Assembly: GCA_020637435.1 (NCBI GenBank)
Contig: JACJVW010000001.1
Coordinates: 150,237 to 214,236, forward strand
Origin: Candidatus Woesearchaeota archaeon
Lineage (GTDB): Archaea; Nanobdellota; Nanobdellia; Woesearchaeales; JACJVW01
Direction: 5' to 3'
Length of the DNA: 64,000 bases
Positions 44,277-53,969 of the stretch are shown here, piece after piece (positions within the stretch are counted from its first letter, which is position 1; every line of letters begins with the position of its first letter). Below the pieces are notes generated by a model. That model worked only from the letters and a program-made list of their open reading frames with translations, was not told the DNA's origin and ran no database searches. A program made the position numbers and the translations under genes.

Positions 44277-46139
44277 ATGATGCTGTTCCCCCATGATACC
44301 CCTAGACCGGGGCAGAAAGAACTTCTAGATGACATCTATGATGCCATTCAGCATAAGCGTTGCCACATCGCGCATGCGCCTACAGGTCTTGGAAAGACTG
44401 CCGCTAGCCTTGGAGCCGCTTTGACATACGCAGTGGAACATGATAAGAAAGTGTTCTTCCTTACATCTCGTCACACTCAGCACACCATCGCCATCGACAC
44501 AGTCAAGAGCATCAATAGGAAACAGGGCTGCCAGATAAAAGCGCTCGATATCATCGGCCGCCAGAAGATGTGCCCCGTCCAAGGTACCCAGACCTTGTAC
44601 TCCCGAGAATTCAGTGAATACTGCAAAGCGGTCCGCGAGGATATGAAGTGCAGCTTCTATGTAAACACAAGAACCAAGAACGGTGGGCTTACCGTCAGGG
44701 CAAAAGGAGTCATGGGTGAACTCATGCAGATACAGCCATTCCACGCGGAAGAACTGCAGCAACGCGCCCAGGAGCAGGAGATGTGCCCTTATGAAGTGAC
44801 ACTCGCGATGGCCAAGAAAGCGCAAGTCATCGTCACCGATTACTATTACGTATTCTCACCGTCTGTGCGTGATGTCTTCTTCTCAAAGATGGAGATTGAC
44901 CTCGAGGATTGTATCGTCATTGTAGATGAGGCACACAATCTGCCAGGCCGTATACGGGAACTCATGACCCAGAAACTCTCCACGCTCAGCATAAAACGAG
45001 CGATTACAGAAGCGAAAAAATTCGGTTTCGATGACGCGCTGCATTATCTTGAACGCATCCAGCAGATTATGGTCACGCTCGCAAAAGACATGAAGCAGGA
45101 TACGCAACAACTTATGTCCAAGCGGAGTTTCCAGTCGAAGATTGAAGAGCTCACTGATTACAAAGACCTGGTGCAGGGCCTAAGCGTGGCCGGTGACTCC
45201 ATCCGTGAGACGCAAAAACAAAGTGCTATCGGAGCAATAGCTTCCTTCCTGCAGGGTTGGCTTGGCGAAGACATAGGCTACGTCCGTATCCTCGAACGCC
45301 GCAAAGAGTCCTACGGCGAATACATCATGCTGTCCTATCAATGCCTTGACCCTTCCATAATCTCAAAGGAGACCATCGACGCATGCCACAGTGTCATATG
45401 CATGTCAGGAACCCTTACGCCAACATCCATGTATAAAGATGTGCTTGGGTTTCCTGTAGACACAACCGAAAAAGAGTACACAAGCCCCTTTCCTCAGGAG
45501 AACAGGCTTGTCATCATCAATCCCTCAGTAACGACAAAATTCTCAGCACGCTCAGAACAGCAGTTCCACAATATCGCAAGACTAAGTGCTGACATCGCGA
45601 ATCATGTACCTGGCAATACAGCGATATTCTTCCCAAGCTATCAGCTGAAGACAGAGATAAGCCCCCTCCTCTCAAGCATAGTCGAAAAGACTGTCTTCGA
45701 AGAGTATCCGGGAGCCACAAAAGAAGAAAAATCCGACCTCATCGAGCGCTTCAAATCTTACAAAGACACTGGAGCTGTGCTCCTCGCTGTATCTTCTGGA
45801 TCGTACGGAGAAGGCATCGACCTTCCGGGCGACCTCTTAAAAGCTGTCATAGTCGTAGGAATCGCTCTGCAACCGCCAACTCTAGAAGTCAAAGAACTCA
45901 TCGAATACTATGAACGAAAGTTCGGCAAAGGCTGGGATTACGGTTACACACTGCCTGCAATTTCTACCAGCTTACAGAACGCGGGCAGATGTATCAGGAC
46001 AGAGAACGACAAAGGAGTTATCGCATTTCTGGACGTACGGTACAGCTTCCAGAACTACCTCAAATGTTTTCCCTACGAATGGAACCCTCAAATCACCAAC
46101 AAGCACGAAAAACTCATCAAGTACTTCTTCAATCATTAA
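44277..46139 (+). CDS. xpd: XPD/Rad3-family FeS DNA helicase
   Basis: Walker A APTGLGKT and the DEAH box VDEAHNL are present. Four Cys residues (MCPV, YCKA, KCSF, MCPY) form the FeS domain between motifs I and II. Confidence 0.9.
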   Translation: MMLFPHDTPRPGQKELLDDIYDAIQHKRCHIAHAPTGLGKTAASLGAALTYAVEHDKKVFFLTSRHTQHTIAIDTVKSINRKQGCQIKALDIIGRQKMCPVQGTQTLYSREFSEYCKAVREDMKCSFYVNTRTKNGGLTVRAKGVMGELMQIQPFHAEELQQRAQEQEMCPYEVTLAMAKKAQVIVTDYYYVFSPSVRDVFFSKMEIDLEDCIVIVDEAHNLPGRIRELMTQKLSTLSIKRAITEAKKFGFDDALHYLERIQQIMVTLAKDMKQDTQQLMSKRSFQSKIEELTDYKDLVQGLSVAGDSIRETQKQSAIGAIASFLQGWLGEDIGYVRILERRKESYGEYIMLSYQCLDPSIISKETIDACHSVICMSGTLTPTSMYKDVLGFPVDTTEKEYTSPFPQENRLVIINPSVTTKFSARSEQQFHNIARLSADIANHVPGNTAIFFPSYQLKTEISPLLSSIVEKTVFEEYPGATKEEKSDLIERFKSYKDTGAVLLAVSSGSYGEGIDLPGDLLKAVIVVGIALQPPTLEVKELIEYYERKFGKGWDYGYTLPAISTSLQNAGRCIRTENDKGVIAFLDVRYSFQNYLKCFPYEWNPQITNKHEKLIKYFFNH

Positions 46140-46175
46140 ACAAATTTTTTAAAGGTAGGCCGAAGTAGATATCCC

Positions 46176-47876
46176 ATGGACAAGAAACTGCTGTTCGCAA
46201 ATCTCATCGCAAAGAACCTTGGAAAAAGTGTAGACGAAGTCTTCCCGCTCATAGAAAAACCAAAAGACCCAAGATTCGGAGATTTGGCGTTCCCATGCTT
46301 TACGCTCGCAAAAGACCTAAGAAAAAATCCGGCACAGATAGCGCAGGATCTGGCGGCAACAACTCAAGTAGCTCAAGACTTCGAGAAATTTGAAGCTGTA
46401 GGGCCCTACATCAATGCTTATCTCAACCCAACCAAAACTGCTGAAGAACTCTTCGAACTTTATTCAGCTAACAGCATATGCAACTACACGCTTAATAAGA
46501 AGACCTATCTTATCGAATGGCCGTCTCCAAATTCAAACAAACCACTGCATCTGGGTCATGTCCGAAACATGCTGCTAGGAAAGGCACTCTCTATTCTGCT
46601 AGAAAAAACAGGCAACAAGGTCATCAAAGTCAACCTCAATAATGACCGCGGTATCGCCATCTGCAAGTCCATGCTTATCTACAAAAAATTCCACGCAGAC
46701 GAAGAACCCCAGAGTAGAAAATCTGACTACTTCGTAGGCGATTGTTACACGGAATTTGAAACGAGAGTCAAAGACCAGCCAGAATTGGAGCATGAAGCGC
46801 AAGACCTGCTAAGAAAGTGGGAATCCAGCGAGGCCGAGACTATTGCATTGTGGAAAAAAATGAATGCCTGGACCTTCGCGGGACATGAAATAACCTACGC
46901 TAAATTTGACATAAATCACGAAAAGTCCTACTTTGAAAGCAACATCTACAAAGAAGGAAAGGACATCGTCCAGGAGTATGAGCAGAAAGGTGTCTTCACG
47001 CGAGATGAGAAAGACAACATCATCTGCGACCTCACAAAAGAAGGGTACGATGAGAAAGTCCTGCTCCGCGCGGACGGCACATCAGTCTACATGACGCAGG
47101 ACCTTGCCTTGCTAAAAGAAAAAGCGAAAGATTTCCCGGACTGTGACAGATACATATTCATCGTCGGCAATGAGCAGGCGTACCATTTCAAAGTCCTCTT
47201 CGAGATAGCAAAAAAACTCGGTTATGGTGATCTTGACAGATTTTACCATTTTGCGTATGGCATGATCTCCCTTCCTGAAGGGAAGATGTCATCAAGGAAA
47301 GGAAATGTTATCTATGCCGATGAACTCATTGACGAAGTAGAACTGCGCTCAATTGAAATCCTCAAAGAAAAAGAGATTTCCAAAAACCTGCCACCTGAAG
47401 AATTGGAGCGAAGAGCAAAGATTATTTCGCATGCGGCTGTGGCTTTCTACGTCCTGAAATACAATCCACTTGCAGGATTTGTGTTCAATCCAGAAGAATC
47501 CCTCTCCTTCGAGGGGGAGACTGGTCCCTACGTACTCTACACCTATGCGCGCATCCAAAGTGTGCTAAGAAAAGCGAATGCCATCAAGAGCTTCGACATA
47601 GGTCATCTGCACGAAAAAGAGGTACAGCTCATCAAAGTTCTCATGGAGTACACAGCCACCATCAAGCAGGCAGCCGAACAGATGCAGCTTTCAAGCATAG
47701 CCAATTACCTGATCGACCTTGCGCAGGCATGCAATGAATTCTACCACAGCTGCCCGATTATAGCCGCAGAAACTGATGACACCAAGCATATGCGACTCAC
47801 CCTGGCAAAACTCTCCGGCGAAGTAATCAAAGACGCACTAAGCTTACTCAGTATCGATGTCCTTGAGGAGATGTGA
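46176..47876 (+). CDS. argS: arginyl-tRNA synthetase
   Basis: The HIGH-type motif is SPNSNKPLHLGHVRN and the KMSK-type loop is GKMSSRKG. The C-terminal anticodon-binding domain ends in ...EEM. Confidence 0.9.
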   Translation: MDKKLLFANLIAKNLGKSVDEVFPLIEKPKDPRFGDLAFPCFTLAKDLRKNPAQIAQDLAATTQVAQDFEKFEAVGPYINAYLNPTKTAEELFELYSANSICNYTLNKKTYLIEWPSPNSNKPLHLGHVRNMLLGKALSILLEKTGNKVIKVNLNNDRGIAICKSMLIYKKFHADEEPQSRKSDYFVGDCYTEFETRVKDQPELEHEAQDLLRKWESSEAETIALWKKMNAWTFAGHEITYAKFDINHEKSYFESNIYKEGKDIVQEYEQKGVFTRDEKDNIICDLTKEGYDEKVLLRADGTSVYMTQDLALLKEKAKDFPDCDRYIFIVGNEQAYHFKVLFEIAKKLGYGDLDRFYHFAYGMISLPEGKMSSRKGNVIYADELIDEVELRSIEILKEKEISKNLPPEELERRAKIISHAAVAFYVLKYNPLAGFVFNPEESLSFEGETGPYVLYTYARIQSVLRKANAIKSFDIGHLHEKEVQLIKVLMEYTATIKQAAEQMQLSSIANYLIDLAQACNEFYHSCPIIAAETDDTKHMRLTLAKLSGEVIKDALSLLSIDVLEEM

Positions 47877-48581
47877 GTACCGCAGAAATCCCTCATCCTC
47901 AACTTCCCTAAATGGTAACTCATAATTCAGGACACGTTCAAAGGTGATGCCCTCCATGCCTTCTGCTCCCTGGCTCTGCAAATAAGCAAATGCCGCAGAC
48001 ATATTTCGGCCGGTCTTCATAAAATCATCAACCACCAGCACGCGTTCACCTTCATAGTCAACATCAAATGCTACCTTAAACTTTCGTTGAGCACCAACAA
48101 CCTCTCGATACTGATAGTAGCCAAAGTTTACAGGCAGACCAAGCCGTGTAGCAAGAACGATAGCAGCCTCATTCCCGCCAGAATGCACAGCCAACACTGA
48201 ACTGAATGCTCCTGAGGGAAACATATCCTCAAGATAATCATAGTCACCCCGGTCATACTTCACAGACGAATGCCCCGGTAAGGGAAGCAAGGAGGATGTA
48301 TCAAACCCAAGCTTAAATCCATTTCCCTTGTAAAACTCATCCAACTGATACGCAAGATCCCCCAGCATTTCATTTAGTGGACCACGAAGCCGTTCATTCT
48401 GCCAGTCATGGTCGCATTCCCTGCATGTAAGAGACTCTATTCCCATCCCAAACAGTGCTAACGCAGCATCCTTACGGACCCAGGGAGAACTATGCAAAAG
48501 CAGTCCGACAAGTGAGTCTGCACGCTGATAAGAGACTGACTCTTGTTCATCATACAGACCATATAGCTCTATGAGATTCAT
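47844..48581 (-). CDS. phosphoribosyltransferase-domain protein with N-terminal extension
   Basis: The type I PRTase PRPP loop is ERVLVVDDFMKTGRNM. The N-terminal part is of unknown function. Its 3' end overlaps the argS 3' end by 33 nt. Confidence 0.55.
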   Translation of the reverse strand: MNLIELYGLYDEQESVSYQRADSLVGLLLHSSPWVRKDAALALFGMGIESLTCRECDHDWQNERLRGPLNEMLGDLAYQLDEFYKGNGFKLGFDTSSLLPLPGHSSVKYDRGDYDYLEDMFPSGAFSSVLAVHSGGNEAAIVLATRLGLPVNFGYYQYREVVGAQRKFKVAFDVDYEGERVLVVDDFMKTGRNMSAAFAYLQSQGAEGMEGITFERVLNYELPFREVEDEGFLRYSHLLKDIDTE

Positions 48582-49249
48582 AGATACCGCTCCATCTTTC
48601 TGCTAGGAAGGACTTTTTTACCGCCAATAGTATGTGTAAACAAATCCGTATCCCCTATATAATCAAAACAAAACATCGCTTGTGCGTGATCACCTACCTC
48701 AACTATATACGCTTCAGAATCCTTAAACAGACTGCAGGTTAACCCATCTTCAACTCGAGACTTCAGTACCTTGCTTATGTCATGCACCCTGTCGACTATC
48801 ATTTTTCCGTGCAAGTGATCGAATTCATGCATTGCATACGCTGCATTATCACCTTCAAGAATACCTTTGTAAAGATCGCCGCTAAGAAGATATGCCTTCA
48901 CATGAACACGCTGTGGTCTTTTCAAGATAACACCAAAAGCGCTTCTCTCATCCGTCTCGATTGAACCGCACTCCTCATACCGTACAAGTTGAGGTTGACC
49001 CCATATCTCAGGATTAACAAGCACCAGATCCTCATCAAGCGTGCCTCGCACAATCATAACAGATAAAAGATAATCATCGATAGACGAACCTTCAGGAGGT
49101 AAGACGTTCTGTGGAGTTATCGCGGCAAGACCATAGTCATCAAGAGCTCTCCTCAGATGGTCGACTACAGGCCAGATTTGTGGCAGATACATAACCTGCT
49201 TTGCCGGCCTGCGAAGAATGTCTTCATCCCAAAAAATACTCGTCAACAT
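48578..49249 (-). CDS. def: peptide deformylase-like metallohydrolase
   Basis: The three PDF motifs appear in diverged form: GLAAITPQN (G.G.AA.Q), EECGSI (EGCLS) and HEFDHLHG (HE.DH). Confidence 0.6.
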   Translation of the reverse strand: MLTSIFWDEDILRRPAKQVMYLPQIWPVVDHLRRALDDYGLAAITPQNVLPPEGSSIDDYLLSVMIVRGTLDEDLVLVNPEIWGQPQLVRYEECGSIETDERSAFGVILKRPQRVHVKAYLLSGDLYKGILEGDNAAYAMHEFDHLHGKMIVDRVHDISKVLKSRVEDGLTCSLFKDSEAYIVEVGDHAQAMFCFDYIGDTDLFTHTIGGKKVLPSRKMERYL

Positions 49250-49285
49250 AAGTAAGAAAGAATCAAATCCGATATAAAAGTCTGT

Positions 49286-49429
49286 TCAATCGTCGTAGTC
49301 TTCCAAACGTCTCTTATCTTCAATGGCCTGACACGAATCGCAAAGAGTGACTCGAGACTGTCCTTTCGACACCACAAATCGTATCTTGCAGTGTCTGCAA
49401 TATTTGACTATTTTGTAATCTGCTCCCAA
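49286..49429 (-). CDS. possible small zinc-ribbon protein (47 aa, TTG start)
   Basis: The translation is (M)GADYKIVKYCRHCKIRFVVSKGQSRVTLCDSCQAIEDKRRLEDYDD, with CxxC...CxxC. CTTATAAAGAGG lies about 25-30 nt upstream. It is below the track cutoff. Confidence 0.3.
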   Translation of the reverse strand: MGADYKIVKYCRHCKIRFVVSKGQSRVTLCDSCQAIEDKRRLEDYDD

Positions 49430-49526
49430 GAATAATACAGAGAAAGTCCCCTCTTTATAAGATATTGCATTTACTGAGTTATTAGAGCAAAAAGGATTAT
49501 AAAATTATGAAGAATAATCATCTTTC

Positions 49527-50030
49527 ATGGAGTTCGCATTCATCTACAATAAATTCACGGCTTCATTAACTGTTGCGCTAATAGTAGCTACCATATACCT
49601 GCTGTTGCATAGACCTAAGATAGTCGATGTGCATAGATACATGTTGACAGCGGTGCTCGGTCTTGGTTCACTCGCATCCGTCCTGATATACTCTGAGATC
49701 ATTGGATACGAACCCTGTTCATTGTGCTGGACACAAAGAATCATCCTCATCGGTATCGTAGCTATCTCATTGCTGCCAAAGTGGACCTTTTCAGATTGGT
49801 CAATACGGATAATCTCTGCCGCAGGCATCATCATCTCATTATACCAGTACTACCTGCAGATGTCGCAGACAGGTTCTTTCTGCACCGTGGGCGAGACTTC
49901 CTGCAGTGCTATTTTTGTCAAAGAGCTCGGATTCATCACCATACCGTTCATGGCGCTCGTCCTCTTCAGTTTTGTGCTCGTTGTACATATCCCAAAAAAG
50001 TCAAGGCCCTCGTACATAAAGCTTAAATAA
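49527..50030 (+). CDS. DsbB/BdbC-like disulfide bond formation membrane protein
   Basis: There are four TM helices. CSLCW (CxxC) sits in the first loop and a second Cys pair (FCTVGETSC) in the second loop. Confidence 0.6.
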   Translation: MEFAFIYNKFTASLTVALIVATIYLLLHRPKIVDVHRYMLTAVLGLGSLASVLIYSEIIGYEPCSLCWTQRIILIGIVAISLLPKWTFSDWSIRIISAAGIIISLYQYYLQMSQTGSFCTVGETSCSAIFVKELGFITIPFMALVLFSFVLVVHIPKKSRPSYIKLK

Positions 50031-50052
50031 GCCAAAAATAGAAAATAGGCTT

Positions 50053-50748
50053 ATGATAATCGCTAAAAGCATCTCAAAATCCTTTGGCACGACCAAAGCT
50101 GTCGACAATGTATCGCTTGAGGTCGGTAAAGGTCAGCTCTATGGACTCCTTGGTCCCAACGGTTCAGGAAAATCAACCATGATAAAGATGCTTACCGGAC
50201 AGATATCCCCGTCTTCAGGTCACGCTTCTGTCGAAGGGATCGATACACAGAGAGACCCCATAGAAGTGCGCAGCAAAGTGGGTATCATTCCAGAGCAGGA
50301 GAATCCGCCAAGTTTCCTCACCGCCGGGGAATATCTAGATTTTGTCGCAAAAGCTAGAAAGTTAGAACAATATGATACGGACAAGTGGTTCACTCTTCTA
50401 GATTTCAAGGATCAAAAAGACATCCTCTGCAAAGACCTCTCTCGGGGAACCCGGCAAAAGCTGATGATCGCGCAAGCATTCATGCACAACCCGGCGGTCG
50501 CGTTCATCGATGAGCCACTTATCAATCTCGACCCCATATCTCAGAACACCATAAAATCGTATATCGTCGACTTCGTCAAAAAAGGGGGTACTGTCTTCTT
50601 CTCGACACATGTGCTAGAGATTGCGCAGGAGATTTGTACGCACATAGGCATACTTTACAAGGGAAAGCTGCATTTCTCAGGAAAACGACCAAAAGGCGAC
50701 CTTAATACTTTCTTCCTTAAACAGGTGAAGCATGCGGGATCTGATTAA
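50053..50748 (+). CDS. ABC transporter ATP-binding protein
   Basis: Walker A is GPNGSGKST, the signature-like motif is LSRGTRQK, and Walker B is AFIDEPLINLD. Confidence 0.9.
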   Translation: MIIAKSISKSFGTTKAVDNVSLEVGKGQLYGLLGPNGSGKSTMIKMLTGQISPSSGHASVEGIDTQRDPIEVRSKVGIIPEQENPPSFLTAGEYLDFVAKARKLEQYDTDKWFTLLDFKDQKDILCKDLSRGTRQKLMIAQAFMHNPAVAFIDEPLINLDPISQNTIKSYIVDFVKKGGTVFFSTHVLEIAQEICTHIGILYKGKLHFSGKRPKGDLNTFFLKQVKHAGSD

Positions 50749-52090
50749 ATACCTGATAACTGAGGAGTGGAGGACGCACACCACGCTTTTTGGAAGTTTT
50801 CTCTTTGTGTTGTTCCCAATCATAGTCATCCTTATGGTGCTGGCCATGGCCGTCTTCATACCCATCATCAATCTCATGATGGCAGAATCAACAGCCATGC
50901 TTATTTTGCACCTCATCATTGCATTCCTTGGGCTCCAGGTAGGCGCATTTGGCATCTACGGCCAGGAATTCATGCAGCGTAGATTCGGTCACGCAAGCCT
51001 CTTATCCTATTCCGCCCGCATCCTCCCATTAAGTGACCGCAAGATTTTCCTAGCGGTAGTCATCAAAGACATCCTCTATTATTTTTGCATGCTTCTTATG
51101 CCTATCATCATCGGCCTTAGCCTCATAACCATTCTCATTCCTGATGTCCATATCTACCTTCGTGCCTTCGTACCCTCATGCATCCTGGCATTCCTCATGG
51201 GTATCGCTGTAGTATTCTTCCTCTCGATCGTGTTTGCACATTCAAGGATACTTCTCCTGGTAGCTGCGGCAGGCATAGGTTTTCTGTTCGCGATGATAGG
51301 GGATTTCCCGCCGTTCATGTTCTACATGGAACGCAGTCTCACAAATCTCCTGCTCGCCACAATCCCTTCTTTCATACTTATCGCTATGTCGATATGGTTT
51401 TTCAAAGTTGACGAACGCCATGAACAGCACAGATTCAAGAATCAGCTCAAAGGGAGAAAGGACCTCCTCTTCACCAAAGATATGATCGACCTGCACAGAA
51501 GCAGAGGCGGCATCGGTAGGATCATCTTCTCCCTTCTCTTGCCCATGGCGTTCATCTGGTTTTTCCTTAAACACTTTGTCGAGTATCTTTCAATCGTAAA
51601 TTTCCTCTTCCTCTTCTCCGTCTTCCTGGGCGTGTACAGCTCATCTATATATAATTGGATCTGCAGATACGACACCTACGGTCAGTACTCCTATCTTCCC
51701 ATCAGAATTTTTAGCGTTATACTCACCAAAGTGAGAATCTCCCTTGCGCTCGGCACTATTCCGATAATCATATTCATTGCAGCGGCAATTAATGAACAAT
51801 CCTCACCGCTCGTGGTACTCCTTTCAGCAACATCTGCCGCGGCCCTCTATGTCTATGGACTGGCCATCACCGTCCTGTTGACCGGGTTAGCCCCACATAT
51901 ATTGTTCTTCAATGGTAAAGTGCTAGTCAAATACCTCATCCTCATCATACCGCCACCGGTCATCCTCATCGTGCTTTCTGTCTTCGCGCCGCAATATCTT
52001 TTCCTTGCGACCATCCTCTTCGTCCTGTCGTGGTATATCGTAAGATGGGGCGCACAACATTGGGAAAACTCAGAGCAGCAACTGTTCTGA
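50732..52090 (+). CDS. polytopic membrane protein, putative ABC permease partner
   Basis: The 452-aa product has 10 or more hydrophobic segments. The gene overlaps the ATPase gene by 17 nt. Confidence 0.5.
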   Translation: MRDLIKYLITEEWRTHTTLFGSFLFVLFPIIVILMVLAMAVFIPIINLMMAESTAMLILHLIIAFLGLQVGAFGIYGQEFMQRRFGHASLLSYSARILPLSDRKIFLAVVIKDILYYFCMLLMPIIIGLSLITILIPDVHIYLRAFVPSCILAFLMGIAVVFFLSIVFAHSRILLLVAAAGIGFLFAMIGDFPPFMFYMERSLTNLLLATIPSFILIAMSIWFFKVDERHEQHRFKNQLKGRKDLLFTKDMIDLHRSRGGIGRIIFSLLLPMAFIWFFLKHFVEYLSIVNFLFLFSVFLGVYSSSIYNWICRYDTYGQYSYLPIRIFSVILTKVRISLALGTIPIIIFIAAAINEQSSPLVVLLSATSAAALYVYGLAITVLLTGLAPHILFFNGKVLVKYLILIIPPPVILIVLSVFAPQYLFLATILFVLSWYIVRWGAQHWENSEQQLF

Positions 52091-52129
52091 CTCCAAACAT
52101 TTATAAGTCTTTAAACCAATCTGCTACAT

Positions 52130-52990
52130 ATGAAGTGGGGAGTATACGGTGCAATCTTTGTTATGCTTAGCGCATTCACTTACGCAGCATGCCAATATAA
52201 TGCTACTGAAACCTACATTGCAGGAGAGCGTGAGATACTAACAGGACCTGATGGAAAGGAAGTGCTGCCGCTTACGACCGTTTTCAACAGTACACAAAAC
52301 GACGGCTACAAAGAAGATGTCCAGGTAATCAATCCTAATCCTTTCGCCATCAAAGCGGTGCTCTCCTCAGTTGTTGAGGTGCGCGACGACCCAAGATGCG
52401 ATGCCGAACCAGCTCTGAAAGTTATCGATATTGAAGTAGGTCCAAATGGCATGACCAAGATTCCAGTACGAAGAACCACAGGCAGCATATTCTGTAAAGC
52501 CTTCAGATTCACCGAACCCTTCAACCTGACCATTAAACAGGACAGTAATATCAAACTGGAGCTGGTCGATATCGAAGAGACAAGAATCGTGTGCTCTGGC
52601 AAGGACGACGGCGCATCGTGCGAACTCGCAGGTGAATGCGGCGGTGGATTTTGCATCCGAAACGTATGCACAACATCTGAAAACTGCTACAATAACAACT
52701 GCGATTGCGCAGCAGATGAACTACAGTGCTTACAGAAGAGTTGCGTCAAACGCGAAGCAATTCCCATAGGCCAGGCACCAACCTGCGGCATGGACCACGA
52801 ATGCGTCTCAAATTACGTCGATTCCATGACTGGACTTTGCGCACCCATCCCAAGCGCAATGACCGAAGGAGGCATCGTTGAAAAGTTTGCGCAACAGATA
52901 GTGCACAAAGACAATCGTCCATGGTTGCTCTTAGTCCTTCTTCTTGCCATTATCGCTATCGCAGTAACGTTTAGGATGCAGCGCAGATGA
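52130..52990 (+). CDS. Cys-rich surface protein with signal peptide and C-terminal TM anchor
   Basis: It has an N-terminal signal, a Cys-rich stalk (CSGKDDGASCELAGECGGGFCIRNVCTTSENCYNNNCDC...) and the TM helix WLLLVLLLAIIAIAVTF. The architecture matches that of the 40734-41408 product. Confidence 0.6.
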   Translation: MKWGVYGAIFVMLSAFTYAACQYNATETYIAGEREILTGPDGKEVLPLTTVFNSTQNDGYKEDVQVINPNPFAIKAVLSSVVEVRDDPRCDAEPALKVIDIEVGPNGMTKIPVRRTTGSIFCKAFRFTEPFNLTIKQDSNIKLELVDIEETRIVCSGKDDGASCELAGECGGGFCIRNVCTTSENCYNNNCDCAADELQCLQKSCVKREAIPIGQAPTCGMDHECVSNYVDSMTGLCAPIPSAMTEGGIVEKFAQQIVHKDNRPWLLLVLLLAIIAIAVTFRMQRR

Positions 52991-53322
52991 GACGAAAAGT
53001 CTACGGCGAAAACAAGCTAGATACTTGCCAGTTCTGCGACAAAACAGCTACCGTACAGAATGCTCAGGGTGTACCTACCTGTATTACACACACTCAGAAA
53101 TTGCTTGATGACAAAAAATGCGTCTGCGGAGAATGGATGCCAGTAAAAACTGGCAAATGGGGTGCGTTCTTTCTATGTCCTACCTGTGGCCCTACATCAA
53201 TAAAGAAAGCAGAATCCATGGACAACAAAGGCTACAAGCTGAATAAAAGTTTCCGTGAGAAACAAACTCCAAAAAAAGAGAAAGTCTATACCCTTGATGA
53301 GCTCGAGCGACTTTGGGATTAA
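52987..53322 (+). CDS. zinc-finger protein (topoisomerase C4 zinc-finger-like)
   Basis: Contains CQFC...C..H and CVCGEWMPVKTGKWGAFFLCPTCG. It overlaps the upstream gene by 4 nt. Confidence 0.45.
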   Translation: MRRKVYGENKLDTCQFCDKTATVQNAQGVPTCITHTQKLLDDKKCVCGEWMPVKTGKWGAFFLCPTCGPTSIKKAESMDNKGYKLNKSFREKQTPKKEKVYTLDELERLWD

Positions 53323-53513
53323 AGTTTGGGTAGTGTGCCAGGAGGATTATAGACGGTCCGCGGATATCCAAAATACCACTTCATTTCATGGTCATATCGC
53401 AGAGCTCCTGCAGCTTGTTGTTGTTTCTGGATCTCGGCAAGCTGAAGCTTCAGTTGCTGTTGTTCTTCAAAGAGTCTGTAGTGCTGGGTTACCATGTCAT
53501 CGACGCTGCTCAT
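53319..53513 (-). CDS. small Q-rich coiled-coil hypothetical protein
   Basis: A 64-aa ORF immediately downstream of the Fur-family gene on the same strand. Confidence 0.3.
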   Translation of the reverse strand: MSSVDDMVTQHYRLFEEQQQLKLQLAEIQKQQQAAGALRYDHEMKWYFGYPRTVYNPPGTLPKL

Positions 53514-53544
53514 GCTCAGTTGCGAAAAAGTACCTTATTAAAAA

Positions 53545-53934
53545 CTAATCGCATTTTTTACACACGCCGCGCACTTCAATCTGAAAACTTGTGATTGTGC
53601 CTGGGATTTTATCCTTCAGAAAATCAAGGGAATTCACATCAAAGTGGATAATTTCCCCCGTCTCCTCGCAGATGAAATGGCAATGGCTCTTCTTGGTTGT
53701 AGAATACAGCTGCCGATTATCGCAATCATACGAATAAAGCTTGCCAGCCTCTCGCAAATCCTTTAGAAATCTGTAGACTGTGGCAAGACCAATAGTTGCA
53801 TCATGTTCATGAACTCTTCCAAAAAGGTCATGAGCAGAGAAAAAACCAGAAAATGTTCGCATCTGCTTATCAATAAGCAGTTTCTGATTTGTCTTGCGTG
53901 AATTTCTCGGCATCTTATTGAGAATGAGAATCAT
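53545..53934 (-). CDS. Fur-family metalloregulator (probable Zur)
   Basis: The wHTH reads GLATVYRFLKDLREAGKL. Metal-binding sites are HCHFIC and CKKC. It is divergent from a ZIP zinc transporter gene. Confidence 0.8.
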   Translation of the reverse strand: MILILNKMPRNSRKTNQKLLIDKQMRTFSGFFSAHDLFGRVHEHDATIGLATVYRFLKDLREAGKLYSYDCDNRQLYSTTKKSHCHFICEETGEIIHFDVNSLDFLKDKIPGTITSFQIEVRGVCKKCD

Positions 53935-53938
53935 TAAT
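53920..53938. promoter_or_regulatory. Fur-box-like 19-mer
   Basis: GAGAATGAGAATCATTAAT matches the classical GATAATGATAATCATTATC at 15 of 19 positions. It spans the fur start codon in the fur/ZIP divergent region. Confidence 0.5.
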
Positions 53939-53969
53939 ACTTATAAATACCTTTGTATTCTACAAGAGT

